Source: Eutreptiella sp. 'Long Island Sound 2002' (Eukaryota; Protista; Euglenida). From it: a stretch of 64,000 bases of DNA. Shown in pieces: positions 61,201 through 64,000 of the stretch. The stretch covers positions 6,014,001 through 6,078,000 of the forward strand of contig OZ038378.1 of NCBI GenBank assembly GCA_964036045.1, written 5' to 3'. The position numbers and the translations under genes were made by a program. Under the pieces are notes generated by a model. It was not told the DNA's origin. It did not search any database and worked only from the letters and a program-made list of their open reading frames with translations. Position 1 is the stretch's first letter; each line of letters begins with the position of its first letter.

Positions 61201-64000
61201 CACATCACCCATACCAATGCCTTCTGAGCATCCTGAATGTGGCGAGGAACCAAAGCGTCCACATCACTACTACTAGGATACTAGGCCTACTAGGATAAAA
61301 AAAAAATGGCCCAGAGAGTGCAATAAAAATCAAAGTGGCTACACCCACCTTGCCTTCTCGGCGTCCCAAAAATGCCAAGGAAAGCAAGTGGCTGCATCAG
61401 CGGTGCCTTTTCAAGGATCCGCAAAAGGGGAGGACTCAAAGTGGCTATATCACACCTACCTTCTCACATGCCCCAAAGTGAGGAGGAATACAAGTGACTG
61501 CATGATGCCGACCCATAGTGGATCTGGTGGGTATATTCTTGGATCCCCAAGCTAGCACACGTCAAAAATGCCGAAATAACCTTTCTGTTGTTGCGGTCCC
61601 AAAAGCAAATAAGAATCAAATTGGCGATCATCATGGCTGACTTCTCGAGGTCATGAGGGTAGGGAGCAATGCCCATGGCTACATAGGCTTGGCCTTCTCG
61701 GATCACAAAATTGAGGACGAATCCAAGTGGCAACAAGACCCCCAGGGGCTCCGGCTCCCCAAACTGTGGAGCAATGAAAGCAGCTACATTGCCATTCGCT
61801 TGTAAGCGTCGGCAAAGTGGCAAAGCACCTTGCTACAACAAGGTTGCTTTCTCAGCACACCCAAATTCGGAAGGAACCAAAGAGACTCAATCGCCCCCGC
61901 TCTCCCGGTGTACAAAATTCGGGAAGGATTCGAAGTGGCTCTATCGCCCTTGCCTTTGAACAATGAAATTCGTTTCTCGACCCCCGTGTACTGGGGTTGA
62001 GTAGGTTGGGTTCCAAGTCAAGTGCCTACATCACCCCTTGCTTGCAAGCGTGAGACCCCCGCCTTTGTAGTGGGCCCCAATTGGAGAGGAATCAAACTTA
62101 CTACAAAACCATTGCCTCTTGGGAGGACTAAAAATGGGGTAGGTTGAAATTCGTTTATCACTCCCATGATATGCATCGACGTCACAGTGTTGCTTGTAGG
62201 CGGTTGTCAACGCGTACGTGGATGCAGCCGAAATTGCTGCTTTGGATCTTATGCGAACATAGGTATATTGTTGCTCTTGCACGATTCAACTCCTCATCGC
62301 ACGCAAAAAGATAGACATTGCTTTGCAAGTTGAGTAATGCGTTCTTGATGATGAATTTACAATTTTCCTTCATTGTGAACTGAGATGCGTGCGGCAAGGT
62401 GGAGGGCAAAAGACCAAGAGAGGAGACACAAAAGAATGAGACATATGGAGTTGGGAGGGAAAAGAAATGGTGTGCCGTATTGCAAGCACAGGGAGCAACC
62501 AAGAGCGATATAGCCACTTTGATTTCTCTACATTTTGGAGACCCACGTTTATTCCTCTTCACCTTTTCTCAGTTGTAGTTGTCCCGGAAAAGTGGAATTG
62601 GGTTGGGATAGGACGTGCAACAAAGGATAGACGAGCATGCACTAGTGTACACATAAATAGACACTTTTACCCAATTTGTCTTCTCTATTGCATTGTTCAA
62701 CAACCCCGATGTAGTCAGTCGGCAACATCCTAACTATTTCATAGCGGAGTTCTAGTTTGGCGAAGCCTTGGCGCATTGCATTGTTGTGTTTTGTTCGTAG
62801 CGTCACCTCACTATTGTATCTTTGAACACCGGCGATTAAGGCGCTTTGTTGTTCCTAAGGGTGACCCCCTTGCTTTGCAAACCAAGATAAGGCACGGGTG
62901 ATGTCGCCACGTTCATTCCTCACCACTTTGTGGACGTCCAGAAGGCACCAGTGATGTGATTCGTCCTCATTTGGGGGACCTAGAGAATTATGTAGCCATA
63001 CTTATTCTTCCCCACCGTGCTTACCTTGGGAGGACAAGGGTTGTTCCACCACTTCCCTTCGTCTCAATGAAGGTCGCCCCCATATTTTGATCGGGGTCCC
63101 TAAATGGGGTGATCCATACATATCCCCATGGCTTGATCCGGGTTTTCGGAGGTATTTCTCTGTATTTGAATCTTCATTTATGTCCCTGACACAAAATCTG
63201 ATTGGTTGGGATTGTTTTGTGTCGGTTTCGCCTCATGGGTACCCTTAGGTGTGCCTTTCTCTCTACTTTGGCGACTCCGAGAAGGCAGGGTTCATGTAGC
63301 CACAGTGGTTCCTCCCCACTTTCGGTCCCATCTGAAGCCAATGGATTGTTGCACTTCTCCCCACTTTCAAGACCCTAGGAACACAGGGTGCATGTAGCCG
63401 CTTCCATTCCTTCCTACCTCCGGGACCTCAAGGAGGCGGCACTGATGTACACACTTTGAGTCGTGCCCAGATGTGGTAACCTCACAAGGCAACGGTGATG
63501 CACTAACTTTCTTGCCTACTTGCTTTCGGGAAGGCACTGAGGTAGGTATACCCTTGTGTTGTATTCTTCGTCTCCCGCCCTATTGGTGGAATAGTGCGTA
63601 TTGATGGTATTGTATAGCTCTACTTTCCTTGTCATGGTGATGGCTCTCACATCGAAAGCCTACCAGATGGAGAGGCCTCTAAATTGGTTGATGTTGAAGA
63701 AGATTGTGATGATGATATATATGCTCAAGATGTTGTATTGCGTTCAGCACTTAGGGCTTGATGCCGTTATTAGTACATCAACGCGTTGGAAGCATGGCAG
63801 TAGGCTAATCCATATGCTTAGATGTACGTGTTAGGCTAACATTCCTAATGCATGATGTTGAAGTGGCCCATGATGATGCTAAGGTTGTGCATGCACATAA
63901 AATTGCTGTATGGGTTGGTGAGGCATTGGATGCCGCTTAAGATGATCGGATGAAGCAAGAATTCCTTCCAAAACCAAAGGCAGTCTCTTTTAAAACCTCA

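Larger units (their letters stand above)
48535..63810. repeat. Composite higher-order repeat region built on a degenerate ~50-60 bp satellite
   Basis: The motif ccccaaagtggggaggaatcaaagtggctacatcaccc.tgccttctcgg recurs throughout on both strands. Large paralogous blocks: 48535-50270 ~ 57340-58940 ~ 61830-63550; 54417-56440 ~ 59408-61270; 56810-57340 ~ 61325-61830; 53960-54230 ~ 63550-63790. Confidence 0.9.

Overview
Repeat-rich eukaryotic nuclear DNA. A euglenid-like host is my inference from the repeat style and GTG-type splice donors, and is not verified. (1) 0.7-2.7 kb: a compact cluster with a clear, divergent RER1 and two orphan gene models with tiny GT-AG introns. (2) 5.5-13 kb: repeats, including three related hAT-type MITEs, one nested in the terminus of another, both with perfect 8-bp target-site duplications (TSDs). 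(3) 13.5-22.9 kb (minus): a five-exon gene whose splice phases all match, giving ~1165 aa: fibrinogen-like domain, two F5/8 type C (discoidin) domains, LamG-like domain and Cys-rich segments. (4) 23-35 kb: decayed mobile-element coding remnants (Pif1-type helicase, PHD-like finger, possible non-LTR RT). (5) 35.46-48.53 kb: a 12-copy head-to-tail array of a 1082-bp chimeric unit with a CCHC zinc-knuckle pseudo-ORF. Variants are shuffled between units, and unit 8 alone carries 188 extra bp that look ancestral. (6) 48.5-64 kb: three partial, rearranged copies of a large composite repeat built on a degenerate ~50-60 bp satellite. No rRNA, tRNA or CRISPR array was recognised.
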